Shown here: in pieces, positions 1 to 13,840 of the stretch | Layout: every line of letters begins with the position of its first letter | Position numbering within the stretch: position 1 is the first letter of the stretch | Assembly: GCA_951406725.2 (NCBI GenBank) | Contig: OX597832.1 | Coordinates: 14,818,001 to 14,882,000, forward strand | DNA length: 64,000 bases | Source: Octopus vulgaris | Taxonomy: Eukaryota | Direction of reading: 5' to 3' | Position numbers and translations under genes: made by a program | Notes under the pieces: model-generated | Seen by the model: the letters and a program-made list of their open reading frames with translations, nothing else | What the model was told of the DNA's origin: nothing | The model's database searches: none

Positions 1-6
1 GTATCA

Positions 7-220
7 AGGTGGCGAACTGACAGCATCGTTAGCACGCCCGCCCAAATGCTTATCGTTATTTCGTCTGTTTTCACACTCCCAGTCCAAATTCTGCACAGAC
101 AGAGTTTGCCTTTCTTCCTTTTGGGATCGTTGAATAAAGTACAAAGTTGAGTACTAAGGTCAAGGTAATCGATTAGTTCCCACAAATTTAGTATTTTGTA
201 CCTATGATACAAAAGATTAT
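7..220 (+). mobile_element. Degenerate tRNA-derived SINE, family B (Meta-domain-like core)
   Basis: Similar to the cleaner copy at 23097-23330 (ggcgaactgacagcatcgttagcacg... tttgcctttcttccttttgggatcg... taatcgatt), with the alternative tail ending in ATT. Confidence 0.7.
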
Positions 221-246
221 TATAAATTGTAACTATTATTAGCACA

Positions 247-317
247 AGTAGTAGTAGCGGTAGCAGCAGCAGCAGTAGCACAGGAGTAGTAGTAGAAGTA
301 GCAGCAGAAGCAGCAAC

Positions 318-369
<52 letters not shown>
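247..369. repeat. (AGT)n/(AGC)n trinucleotide microsatellite
   Basis: Directly visible. Confidence 0.95.
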
Positions 370-804
370 AAATTTGATACGTTGAGAACTATACAAAATA
401 TTTTCCAGAAAACAATTTCTAAGTGGCTGGGTTTACACATTCTGCCTATGATTTTATCCAGAACATTTTGTCCAAGTTTTGTGTATATGACACAAACAAT
501 CATTTTGGTTAAATTCTACTAAATTATGAATCATCTTAACATGTTTATGGAAAATGTGGAATACATCAATTCTTAATAGTCATCGTAGGACATTGTGTGC
601 TAAGATTTAAGCATCAGACATATTATTATGCGTCAAATCTGACATCCTTATAGGTAATATTGTTCCCGTTCAATTTAAATACTATTTTGAAATCTGTGTA
701 TTTCGTCGCTGTCGGATTTACATACAGACACTTTTCGGATATTCATAGACTGTTCATAATTTTATAGAATAAATGAATAGATAAATACACCGAAAATGGA
801 GGAA

Positions 805-807
<3 letters not shown>

Positions 808-883
<76 letters not shown>

Positions 884-936
884 TGTGTGTGGTGTGTGTG
901 TATGTATTTAGAGTAAATGACAGACGGTTAGTTAGG

Positions 937-995
<59 letters not shown>
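808..995. repeat. Compound (TA)n + (TAGA)n microsatellite
   Basis: Directly visible. Confidence 0.95.
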
Positions 996-996
<1 letters not shown>

Positions 997-2480
997 CGGC
1001 AGGATGGCTGGATGGATAGATGGATAGATAGATATATAGCTAGCGAGACTGACATAGATAAGTAGAGAGGCAAACAGCAATATAGATTGATAGGGAAATA
1101 CCTAGATATATATATATATGTATATATATTAATAGACATGCAATAAGTTTGCCACACGTATTAATACACAAACCTGCATGCATTTCTTATGTACTACGGA
1201 CAAAATGTATATATACGTAATGGAGACCATAGTTTATACTAGTAGAGAAGAAATTGTTATGTTGAGACAATGGGTATCGATATTTCACCTATTGGTGTTT
1301 TGGGTATTTTTTAAAGTTTCGTAAATTGTTACTTATAAAAATCTGGTGTGGATGTTATTGACTACATTTCAATTAATTGAATACGTTTCTGTATAATTTT
1401 TTTATTTTTAAATATGTAAAATAAAGTACTGGTTGGAAACAAATTACCCGGCTTAAACAACCGTAAAACGATTAATATATTGAAAATATATATCTATGAA
1501 TCACAATTGATTCTACAATGAAACACATAGAAAAAAGTTACAGAAAAGTTACAGAGAAGTGAAACAAATTGCTACTTGTACAGTTTCTACGTTTATATAA
1601 TGTGCAAGACGTTGAAAAGCAAATATATCTAAAATGACTGCTGCCGTATATTCACTGCATATATTATTGACAACCCTACTTAACATGCGTCCATAATATT
1701 ATTTTCTCGACAGAAAATTAGGTTTGTAAATTATACCACGCTACAGCATGTTATGCTAATAGTATTTTTCTGTGATTTTTATCACTGTGCCAAGAAGAGC
1801 ATTATTGTATTGTTCGTAGGACGAAGCTAAATAATTCAAACGTGAGCTCTTAGCAGCCAGATTGTCTTTCATAATTGACAGTTGCGGTTAGATAATGCTG
1901 TTGTAACTGCCAGAGGGAAGATATTGGTAAATATTCAGGGAAAAAGAGAAACAGAAAACAGACATATTAAATGGAAAATAGATAGGAATTCGTATAAATC
2001 ATATAATAATATCGCTTTAAATAAGAAAGGAAAAAAAAGAAGGTACAATGTAATACCGCCCTGATTCAAAGCTCCATACGAAATGAGGTATAATGCTAGT
2101 GAAAAACATGTGCATACAATTGTTACTAGACCTTTCGATATAAATATATCGGGTAAAAAGTATATCAGAATTCTGAAGGAAGAGCCAAGAAAATTGTTGC
2201 TCTTTTCTTTCCTCATGTTAGAATTAAACAAGAGTAACCGTCAACTAAAATTTAAGTGCAATTTACACTTTAGTGCATTAGTGAATTATGCATGTATATA
2301 TATGTAAAAAAATTAAAGAAAAAAGGAGCATATCCCAATAAGCTTAATATTGGGAACAAAAGAAGGAAGAGTTGAGGGAATTTATATGCGTGAAAGGGCT
2401 GATAGAAAGAAGGAATAGAGTCATACAAGATTTAGATAAATATATACTTACATATAAGAGACCAAAGAGTACGTACGCTG

Positions 2481-2557
<77 letters not shown>

Positions 2558-3708
2558 TGTGTGCGCGTGTGTGATATACAAAGTGGGACAAAAAAGGGAC
2601 AACAAAACATACATATAGACGACACAAAGTAAATTAGGTGGGTTCATTCGGAGGGTTTCTATTTATTTCTTTTCTTTACATATCTATCGGTGTATTTAGC
2701 TATCCATCCTTTTCTATAAAAAGAAGGAAAGTTAATGAACATTTCAAAATATATACAGGAACCCTGCAGCTACGTAGCATTCCTTTTGAAAGTATCTAAA
2801 TTGAACTATATTACTTATACGGACGTTAAGACTGACTCAGTAATAATATTTCTGCTGCCTAAATCATAGCTTTACCTCATATTGTCCTACGCAGATTATT
2901 AAGAATTTACGTATCCGAAATTCTTATTAAACGCCTAAACGCATACGTAAATTACGTAGTTGTGATAAACATATTAGATTGAAACCGAATGAGCTGCTAA
3001 GAACATATAGAGAACACGTAGATGATATATTCGGAATAAAATAGAGTATTCATTTTATAAGCATATCTCTACTAATTTCCTATGAAATTTAGAGCCAGCA
3101 CTGCATGTTATAACGTTTCGTATACTAACACGTCGATGTACACAATGTATTCGAAGATAAGAAAATAATGTTGCATATGAATATTTCAGGAGTGATGCTC
3201 CTGCTTCTGCACCCCATGCAAACCATTAACTATCCACAAATATATTGTCTAAATAGGCAAAAAATGTAGCGGTGTAACATAACTGGATACAGCTATTTAC
3301 ATATTGGACACATTCCTGGCAAATGGTACGTTCAAACTAATAGATGTTAAGGACACCTTATTTCGTTCCATATCCTTAATATAGAACCAACTCTTTCTAG
3401 AGTTTATAAGCCAATGCCTTGTCCTACTTTCTATTACCAGTGCATTGTTTTCATTTTATTTCCGTATGAAAATTGCCATATGATTCACTGACACGTTGCA
3501 CCCTTAGTAACCATTCATATACATGTTTTCGTAGTTTTACAATTTGCCCGCTAGAATCTTCAACACTATATGCATCCTCGTTGTATATATGTACTGGTCT
3601 TTTGTTTGCACTTCTACGTCATTCTTTTTATTTTTTCCTCGTATTCATCGAATCATTTTTCATTTTATCTTCTATTACTGAATTTTTATTTCATATGCTT
3701 TTACTCAT

Positions 3709-3762
3709 GGTCGCAGTGGTTGAAGTGTGGTAAAAAGCTTGCTTCCTAACCAGATGTTTCCG
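3709..3762 (+). mobile_element. 5' head fragment of SINE family A
   Basis: gtgtggtaaaaagcttgcttcctaaccagatgtttccg matches the head of full copies (gtgtggtaagtagcttgcttaccaaccacatggttccg). Confidence 0.7.
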
Positions 3763-4994
3763 AAAGTGAGAGATATAAGTATCTAGGAATACTAGAATTT
3801 GACAGAGTACTAACTACAGAAATGAAAACAAAAATTCAGAAGGTGTACATCAGATGGATGTAGAACCTAATAAAGTCAAAGTTAAATTATCTGAATCTAG
3901 TGAAGTCTGTAAACACTTGGAGAATATCATTACTTAGACACAGCAGATTTTGTAAGCTAGAGAAAAACTGAGTTAGCAAAGCTAGACAGAAGACCTAGGA
4001 ACGAATTCAATATGACTGGAAGGCTCCACCCAAGAATAGGGGTAACAAGATTAGACCTTCCATAGAATGGAAGGTGGAAGAGGATTATAATCCGTAGAAT
4101 ACTGCGTGGATCCTAGCTAGCATAGATATAGACTACTGTGTAGGTAATAATGAAGAAAGTATATTAAAAGCTGCTAGTGTCACAGAAAGTCCTAGAGAAA
4201 AAAAAAAACACCAATCAGATTTAAATCCAGAAAACAAAACAGAATTTATCTGACTGGCAGTAGAAGGCGTTGCATGGTAGATTCCAAACGATGGTTTCAG
4301 CGAATAGTATTACTGAGTCATAGTTATGACTGCAGGAAGGAAAGATGACGACAGTGAGAGAGTATGTTAATGGCTTTACGAGATCAAGCATTTATGACTA
4401 ACTGGATAAAAGCCAAGATAGAGAAAAAAATAGATTCCCAATGTAGATTATTCATATCCAAAGAGGAAAGCGTTACTCATATAGTAAGTGAATGTAGCAT
4501 CTCGGCACAGAAAGAATACACGAAAAGACATGACTATCTGGGGAGAGCAATCCATTGGAAATAATGCAGTTAGCTGGGATTTGAACATACTAATAAATGC
4601 TCTGAAACTATTAAAGTACTAGAAAGTAAGATATACAAGAAGTTCGGTAATTTTAATTTTCAGACTGACAGAGTAAGAGAAAATAAAATGCCTGATTTGA
4701 TAGTAGTAGATAAAGAGAATAGAAAGTGCGAGATATTGACTTTACAGTCTCACATGATGTAAAAGTTAATATAAGAAGTATAGAAAAAAGTACCAGGACC
4801 TAGCTATTGAATTGCAGACAATATTGAAAGTGCGCATAAAATGGTATTCCCGTTGATATAGGTGCAATTGGAACTATCCCTAAATATCCGAACAGATGGA
4901 TAAAGAAATTGGCATAAAACCCAGATTAGTACAGCTGCAGAAAACATTGTTATTAGAGACAGCTAGAAGACTTAGGAGGGTTCTTGGCATCTAA
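3763..4994 (+). mobile_element. 5'-truncated, decayed R4/Dong-like non-LTR retrotransposon (RT C-terminus, zinc knuckle, restriction-like endonuclease)
   Basis: Translates with stops and frameshifts to YKYLG (RT), CRL..EESVTHIVSEC (CCHC knuckle, one Cys lost), KRHD, MPDLIVVDK (PD-D/ExK nuclease) and LQKTLLLETARRLRRVLGI-stop, followed by a (TAA)n tract. Confidence 0.88.
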
Positions 4995-5033
4995 GGCTGC
5001 TTTATGTATCCCGATGTTAAAGTTGTTGAGTGT

Positions 5034-5089
<56 letters not shown>

Positions 5090-5110
5090 GATAATAAAAA
5101 TAATAATAAA
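5034..5110. repeat. (TAA)n/(TGA)n tract between the R4-like 3' end and a SINE tail
   Basis: Directly visible. Confidence 0.9.
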
Positions 5111-5285
5111 TTCTACTAAAGGCACATGATCTGAAATATTGGATTTATTACTACTGAATTTATCGACCTCGATGAGTAAAACGCAAATTTGACTTCGGCG
5201 GAATTAGAACTCAAACATGTAAGGAGGGACGAACATGTCGCTATGCATTGTTGCCCCACGCCCTAACGATCACTGCCGCCTAACT
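5105..5285 (-). mobile_element. Degenerate SINE family B
   Basis: tttatcgacctcgatg...gacttcggcggaattagaactc...ctaacgatcactgcc is the reverse complement of the family B body. Confidence 0.7.
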
Positions 5286-5289
5286 GGCT

Positions 5290-5403
<114 letters not shown>

Positions 5404-5517
5404 AATAGAATATTTTCGTATATATACATTATGATAACACGCATATACATACATGTGTATGTGTGCGTATTTGTGTTTGTAAATATATTAATGTCATACA
5501 TATGAAATATACTTAAA

Positions 5518-5577
<60 letters not shown>

Positions 5578-6859
5578 CATATATATACATGTATAAACTA
5601 TATGTATTTATATATGAATTTACGTACGTATGCATGTATGCATATACGCATTCAATTTTGAATAAAACACACCTGTGTGACTATATAAATATACATACAT
5701 ACATATTTTACAATTCATGTTTAAAACTGGATTGACAGAAGGAAAATTGAAATTACTCTTTGATCGAAAAGAACGTTGTCTGTCTATTATTTTTTTCCAA
5801 AGTAAATATATAGAAAATCGTACAAAATATCGGAAAGTCGAATAAAGAATATAGTTATTTAGGCCATCTGCCAATATGTCAAAACAAGTTATAAAAGATC
5901 TTATACCTGATAGCAAAATCAAACTGTGATGCCAAAAATGTGAATTCAAAGAACATGAATAATCAGAATTTATTGAGTTAATATTACTGAGTCGATTTCC
6001 TATTATAGATGATTGGTTTCAACTTTGGTATATTCAAGCAAATAATACTATCTATAGAGAAATTGATATTTAGAACGTGTTATTTTGTCATATTAGAGAT
6101 GTATATATCCAGAAATTCATAAAAGTTCACATGTGCCAAAAGGAATTGATTTATAGAACTAATTTTCGAAATCATTTTCAGTCACATATTATGAGTTATT
6201 TTCATGCTTGCTAATAAAAGCTGATATTGTCCTACACATCATGGTACAGGCACGGGTGCTCATACACGCATGTACACGCACATACACACGAATACACACA
6301 CACACACACACGAAATAGACGCGAATTCAACGTATGTGTGTCTCGACATGATGCTTTGCCGCTGTCAGAGCGCGTGTAACAGAACGAGTGTCTGTCAATA
6401 AGTGTGTATCATAAGAGTTTTGTCGACTTCCAATGCTCGCGGTCCGTGTTGTCTAGAGTAATGTAACTAAGTGTGCTTATAACGATCGAGATGAAAGATA
6501 GCGGTGTGCGTTACACATAATAGATTACATATATATGAGTATTACAAAAAGGCAAGTGTTTAGTAAACATTTGGTAATCTCACAAGAAAATAGTTCATGC
6601 CATACTGAATTAGATTTCTATCCAAGGTTATACTTGTGGTTTTGAAATGTGTAAAATAAGTACCAAGTAGCAGATATTTTGAAATTTACTAAAGTATAGA
6701 TACATGGTACAAATTTAATATAATTAGATAGAACAATATGATATATACCAAATGTACACGATGTATTTCAAATATGAAATTTGGGAAAACATATTTTAAA
6801 CATTTAAATGAACTGGACTTTATTTTTAGAAAATCGGAACCTTAATTCTAAATATCAAA

Positions 6860-6970
6860 AGCTGTTGATAGAATCATCAGCACGTTGGACGAAATACTTC
6901 GCGACATTTCGTTCTGAGTTCAAAAGTCGCCTAGGTCGATTTTGTCTTTCATATTTTCGTGGACAATAAA
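6860..6970 (+). mobile_element. SINE family B fragment
   Basis: cgttctgagttcaaaagtcgcctaggtcgattttgtctttcat matches the family B B-box and core. Confidence 0.6.
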
Positions 6971-8179
6971 AAAAAAATACCTGTTGAGTAAATTGATTTT
7001 CCTGTTGCCAAACGTTTGAAACCAAATTTATACAACGACATATGCACGCACACAGAGGTAATGAATTCATGGGATTATTCGATGAACACTTAAACATCCA
7101 ATCGCTGTATACAGTTCTTCCGTGTGGACTAACTTTCTTAACATATTTGAATTAGATATATTCATGAAATCGGCAAAATTAACAATGGTTACATACTGCG
7201 CTAGCTTGCAAGTACAAACTTTACTTTAGATATAGATAATCTCTTTAAGGCTTTTGCTAAAATCACTACATTTAAGCATGAAACCTATCCAAGCCCAGAT
7301 ATACGCACTAAATATATGATCAACGAGGAAGTTAAGGAAACCTATGTTTCCATGTTGTGAATGAAAAAGTCGTTGACCCATACCTGCATAGGACTCTCCC
7401 TGTATCATCAGGAACTTTTCAACAACTAATCCATGGAACTGTCGCCAAATGTTTTTGTAAAGTTATACAGAAGAAAGTATATTCTGGCTTCCATGCCGAA
7501 GGCAAAACAGTGCTACTACTTTTCCTGGAAAAAAAAAGAGTGTACTGACGTAAACGTCTAATATACAGTTAACACAATGAGCAAACACGCCAGATATTTC
7601 ATCGGAAAGAGTTTAAAAGTCGTACGCTATAGTAGAGATCAGTGGACTGGCTTATGATGACCTCCCGAGGAATTCGAAGAAATGTTTTAATATCCGGAGA
7701 ACTAATAAGAAATCTACAAATCTCTTATACTGAATATAGATGTCCAATTTCCATTATTGTCATCGTTAGTCTTGTCTCAGCTACATAACAGCAGAACTGC
7801 ATAGAAATAAATAATACTAGATAATTTTCAAAGAATGAATGTTAGCTGATTAATATTCTTGAAATATAGTGCATAGGGCGTACATAAAAATATAATGAAG
7901 CATTTTAGGTTTCTTACCGAAAGGGCTCCCGAAAACGGTTAGTCATATAAAATAAAGCATGTACATATATAAATGCACACTGGGCATCCATATAAGAGAT
8001 TGTTAAACTATTAACGTAGAAAAAAAAACCGAAACAGCAAAGTCATTTTCTTTAACCAAAAGGTATCTGCGAAACTGTTAGGACTGAGTTTTGCTAATGC
8101 AAAAACCTAAGTTAAATACCAAAACACTACAGCTACACATCTATCCATACGTATATAGACAGATGTGTTTCTCCAGCAG

Positions 8180-8273
<94 letters not shown>

Positions 8274-9246
8274 TATATTTATATATATATATATATATAT
8301 GAGAAGGAGGTGTGCGTATATGTATGTGTGCATGTGGGCTGTAAAAGCTTTGTAAAAGCTTCTTTTTTCAATTTGTGTCACATGCAGAGCTTTTTCCAAA
8401 TACCTAACGGAATAATTAGCTTTTTTAGGTATTTTTGTAAATATCTTTTAGCTCTGTGCCTTATATTCATTTAACACAAGTATAGTCGAGTTCAAATGTA
8501 TTTCGGTCATATAGAGAGAATCATAACTTGTTTACCATCAATTCACTTCAGTATAAAGGGGCATGTTGCCTGTTTAGTGAAGCCGGTAAACTCTAAGGAA
8601 GCTGTAAATATTCAGCAGCGACAATTTGATAAACTCACAATCTTATGCAAGTCCATATATACTTACAGGTATACATATGCACATAGTGTATAGAGCATAT
8701 GTACTTCTATGAGCATGCCATTCTACGAGAGTTGGCATACGTTTGCCTCTGTGAGTATCTGTGAACGTAAGACGTTATTGAAGTATTAATGTGGGGTTTG
8801 GTATAATTATAAATGTATATGCAGTCTAATACAGCAGACTATCTATTCTATGAACAATAATTTAATCGGAAATTACGTTTCCATTGCTGTCTGACTTTTA
8901 TTGACAACTTGTCGGCCTAAGGAAACACATGGAGCTTTATTATATATGATCTCAATGTTTATTATACGTCTTTTAGTATATGCGAAACGAAAAAATACTG
9001 ACTACTTATTTAAATGGCTTGTTGCAAGTGTTAATGATATTGAAATATATTTTCGATATTGCTGTAGGTGTTGATTTATGGGAATGACAAATTTGACTGT
9101 TATTAATAACCCTCTAAGTTGAGTTTTCAATGTTTACGCCGATTTCACATTTGAATAAGTGTGTTTTCTTCCAATATTTGTATTGTATTCTTGCCTCAAA
9201 TACTCGTTACTAAGCTATCTACTCAAAGAACTACTACATACGTACG

Positions 9247-9298
9247 TACCTACCTACCTACCTACCTACCTACCTACCTACCTACCTACCTACCTACC
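9247..9298. repeat. (TACC)n tetranucleotide microsatellite
   Basis: Directly visible. Confidence 0.95.
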
Positions 9299-9440
9299 GA
9301 GCTACCTACATATATATATATATCTGTGTGTGTATGTGTGTGAGTGTATGCGAGTGCGTGTCTGTGTGTCTGTATAATTGTTTATGTAAATGCTTTCATT
9401 GATATAGAGACATACAAACATCAACAATATTAAATACACA

Positions 9441-9488
<48 letters not shown>

Positions 9489-10650
9489 TGTATGTATGTA
9501 TATGTAATATCTCTCTCTCTATCTCTCTCTTTATATATAAATATTTTTTATGCGAGTGTATATGTGGATATATTTTATCTTTTACCTGTTTCAATCATTA
9601 CCTTGCAACCATACTTGTGCAACCACGTGAAATACTTTAATCTAGGAATCAAATCCAGTACTAATGAAGCATCAGACATTTGATCTCATTCTCACGGCGC
9701 TAACCGTTGATGTGCGGACGTAAACACACCAACACGGATCATCAGGGTGTGGTCGGTGACAAGCAAAAACATAAAGACTCGTACGCGAACACACATATAT
9801 TACATACATATATATACACTCACACGTACACACACATACGCGGCCTTCTCTCTCTCTCTCCCTCTCTCTCTCTATTTTTGCCATATTTTTATAACAAGTT
9901 GTTATAAAAACAAAATGAAAATGAAAATGCTCAACTCTGTTCAAATAATTGTATCCCTTATACAGAAAGAATAAAATGCATATCCTTATAATTTAACATT
10001 TAATACAGAATAATTTTACGTCTATGATATTAAGTGGAATGTGTAGTTTACGTTTTCATTTCTTTCTTTTTTTTTTTGAATTTATAGCATTTATATTTCT
10101 GCATAAGAGTGCACAAGAAAACAATTCCGTTCTTTTCCTATACTTTAGCTATTTATGCACAGGTATTAACTGGAAATATTTTCAAATTAGGCCACGGAAT
10201 TTCTTCGCATGTCGCTTTATTTTCATTGTGATGGAGCTTTCGACTTTATAGATAAAGGCCTTTCTTATTATGAGCCTTTATTTAGCAATAGAATATGTAG
10301 TGATATACAGGCAAAGAACAACCTGTGAGGGTGTATGTATGAATTATAAATCTTCCAAGACATATATAATATTCTCTAAAATTTTAGCCATCTCACGCCT
10401 ATATTTCTGAATTTTCTTAAAATAACAATTGCTCGTTTGTATCACATTGTATTTTATTCTTCTTTTAATTAGCCTTTTATGCAGCTGCGTAATTTCATGC
10501 CGGATAGCATACATAATGCATTCGGATTTTACGTAAATATAACCTGAAAATTTCAGTCAAAGTATCTTTTGAAAAATTATATGACTACCTTATAACGTTT
10601 AAATGGGCCAAAATCATTTCTAGTATTTTTGCTTATTCAGAAATGAATAA

Positions 10651-10842
10651 GGCGTAGGAGTGGAAGTGTGGTAAGTAGCTTGCTTATGAACAACATGGTT
10701 CTGGGTTCAGTCACCTTGGTAGAATGTCTTCTACTATAGCCTCGGGCCGACCACATCCTTGTGAGTGGGTTAGTAGACGAAAATTGAAAGAAGCCCGTCG
10801 TATATATATATATGTATGTATATATATATATATGTATGTATG

Positions 10843-10897
<55 letters not shown>

Positions 10898-11160
10898 CTG
10901 TGTTTGTGTGTGTGTGTGTTAGTGCGTGTGTATAAGTTTGTGTATCTTTGTCCTCCCAACATCGCTTGACAACCGATGCTGGTGTGTTTACATACACGTA
11001 ACTTAGCGGTTCGGCAAATAAGACCGATATAATATGTACTAGGCTGACAAAGAATAAGTCCTGGGTTCGATTTGGTCTATATAAAGGCGGTGCTCCAGCA
11101 TGGCCAAAGTCACACGACTGAAACAAGTAAATAGAGTAAAAGAGTAAACAGAGAGTAAAT
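10651..11160 (+). mobile_element. tRNA-derived SINE family A with internal (TA)n(TG)n
   Basis: A-box-like tggaagtgtgg, B-box ggttcagtc, conserved body, and tail ggcggtgctccagcatggcc...ctgaaacaag(taaaagag)n; several near-identical copies in the window. Confidence 0.92.
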
Positions 11161-11787
11161 ATCGTTCTGGATTTTCCCATGAGTATATTTTTTGTTGTTA
11201 TGCCGATCCTTATTATGATTTTAATTTGTTGTCTTCGTGAATGAGCTTTCCAAGACGTAGATCCCTTAAATCACTATTTATATAATAGAAATTTATATAT
11301 AAACTTGTATTAATATTAGAGGGTAATTTGTCTGGATTTCTGTTATTTCTTTCCAGATGTTTGCAAGGTTTAACAAAAACGATAGCGCTAATGATCAAAG
11401 TATTAAAAGATTCGATCCTCAAGGTATTGGGATATATTTATATTTGTTGTAATACTCAGTGATATAAATTCTATTTCCATATTCTACCGAAGAACACTTA
11501 TTGTTCCAGGTTAATCACGTAATGTTTTGTTTCGGAGTTATGGAAAACAAATGAAGTCATCAATTTGTAATAAATTGTTTATTTTTATTGTAGAGCTCCA
11601 AGTGTGCAAACCAATAGGTTTTAGATAGTAAAATATTAATATAGCTACGAGAGATATAGCGATTAAAATGTATTATCTAATGCATTTCATTTTCAGACTA
11701 CAATTATTTTCCTATGAGGGTAAATATATATATATATATATACACAAAAGCACACACACACATTCATATATATATATACATGCATGT

Positions 11788-11819
<32 letters not shown>

Positions 11820-12561
11820 CGTCAGTGAATATATGCATATGGATATATATTTATATGTAAACATATATTCACATCCATAAATATACATGTATGGATTTAT
11901 CATTAGCTGTACACTTAGTGGTGTGTGTGACAGTGTTCGTTCGAGACTGTCTGGAATATTGATCATACAGCGTTTGCTCTGTTGCAAACGTGAAGAAGAA
12001 TTCAGTTCGCCTTAAGGGAGAAGAAATGCAAATTCGCACATCCTAAAATTAATTGAAATACTTTACCTGAAAAATATATCTAGGTCAAATTACTTTCTCA
12101 TAAACAGATTTCCTTTGGCATAAGAGAATATAATGGAATTCATTCGTAATGAATATACTTTTTTAATTTTCCTCTTAAATTCGTGTTTTTCGTTGCTGAA
12201 ATTATAATAGCAATATACACTAGAATACAAAGGGAATAAATGATATGGTAGGAAAATAATTTAATCGATTACATACTGGCGGGTAAGCTTGTCGACAGAA
12301 ATTTAATGGTGTCTGGGTCACATCAGATACATTAATACCTAAAGTGACATTTATGTATGAATGCACCTGATGCCAGATTTATAGTATTATAGTATGATAC
12401 ACTGCACCTCATCCATAAAGGAAAGTCGTAGAATGGCTCGAAATGATCGCGGCACACTAATTTCAATCTCTTGCTTACATATTTTATCTGAACTAAAACT
12501 GCAGAATTTCTGAAGTAGATTCAACAGAAATCTAGTCAAACTGCATATATATATATACAAA

Positions 12562-12770
12562 ATGAAATGGTTTGCAAAATTCAGAAATGGAGATTTCAGT
12601 CCTAATTCAAACCATAGAACGGTACATCGTTATCTTCAACAACTTGGAAAGGTTCCTAAGCTTGGAAAATGGGTGTCTCATGAATTGTCCGAAAGCAACC
12701 GCAAATCCCGCGTTGACAACTGCTTTTCTCTCTATTCTCGTGAACTCAATCACCCTTATTGGATATATAT
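12562..12770 (+). mobile_element. Internally deleted mariner transposase fragment
   Basis: KWFAKFRNGDFS (HTH end) joined to TVHRYLQQLGKVPKLGKWVSHELSE, containing the mariner WVPHEL motif. Confidence 0.8.
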
Positions 12771-13327
12771 ATACCATAGAGCAATTGATATATTGCAATT
12801 TATGAAGAATGGAGATGAGGTGAATTCCTGCTTGTTTTGTACACAAATAAATATCCGGAGAATCATCCGTTCACAATGAACGTACATATAATTGATTACT
12901 ATTATATCCATATCCTGGTATTTAATATCTCGATAATTGAAAGATCGCATTGTCGTCCCCTTATGTAACCAATCTAAGCAACTGTCAAAACCAACCGGAA
13001 TTCCTCACATGTCTCCAGAGCATAACGACCTCATATAAGTTACTGTATTAAATGCTGAACATTGTACGTCTCTATAAATGCTCACTCACAGATGCAAATA
13101 ACACGCACGCACTCACACGGAGAGAAAGACATAAACACACCATCACACACACGCAAACACTCAAACACACAAAAGCAAATATTCGCACAAAAATCAGCAA
13201 GTACTTTGTAAGTGACATCTCCAGTGTTCCGGTGCCTGAGGATGGATTTTCGTTTGTTTAGTAAACACCGTTAATTTGCATTGCTTTTAAAATTCAACTC
13301 GTATTCGAACGAGTGTGAAATCAGAAA

Positions 13328-13840
13328 TAATGTTTTCTACTCTCGGCACAAGGCCCGTAATTTTGGGTGTGAGTTCCAGTCGATTACACCGACACCCGTA
13401 CGGAAATGTTATGTATTATTACGCATTATTTATGGACCCCATAAATAATACGTTCTATTACGTATTATCTATGGGGTCCATAAATAATACGTAATAATAC
13501 GTTACACTTTATACGTTTTATTCTGTATTATTTATGGAACCCCAAAATATGTAAAGTAAAACCAACCTCAGCGGAATTTGAACCCAAAACGTAGAGGCAG
13601 ACGACACACGTATTTCTTTACTACTCACAAGGGGCTAAACACAGAGAGGACAAACAAGGACAGACAGACGGATAAGGTCAATTATATCAGCCCCAGTGCG
13701 TAACTGGTACTTATTTAATCGACCCCGAAAGGATGAAAGGCAAAGTCAACCTCGGTGGAATTTGAACTCAGGACGTAACGGCAGACGAAGTACGGCTACT
13801 CATTTCGTTAGGCGTGCTAACGTTTGTGCAAGTACACTGG
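13328..13840 (-). mobile_element. Tandem or dimeric SINE family B
   Basis: Two successive family B bodies (aacctcagcggaatttgaaccc at about 13565 and aacctcggtggaatttgaactc at about 13748), each with a different tail. Confidence 0.85.
13411..13502. repeat. Inverted repeat, 43-bp arms, 6-bp spacer
   Basis: 13411-13453 versus the reverse complement of 13460-13502 shows 3 mismatches. Confidence 0.9.
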
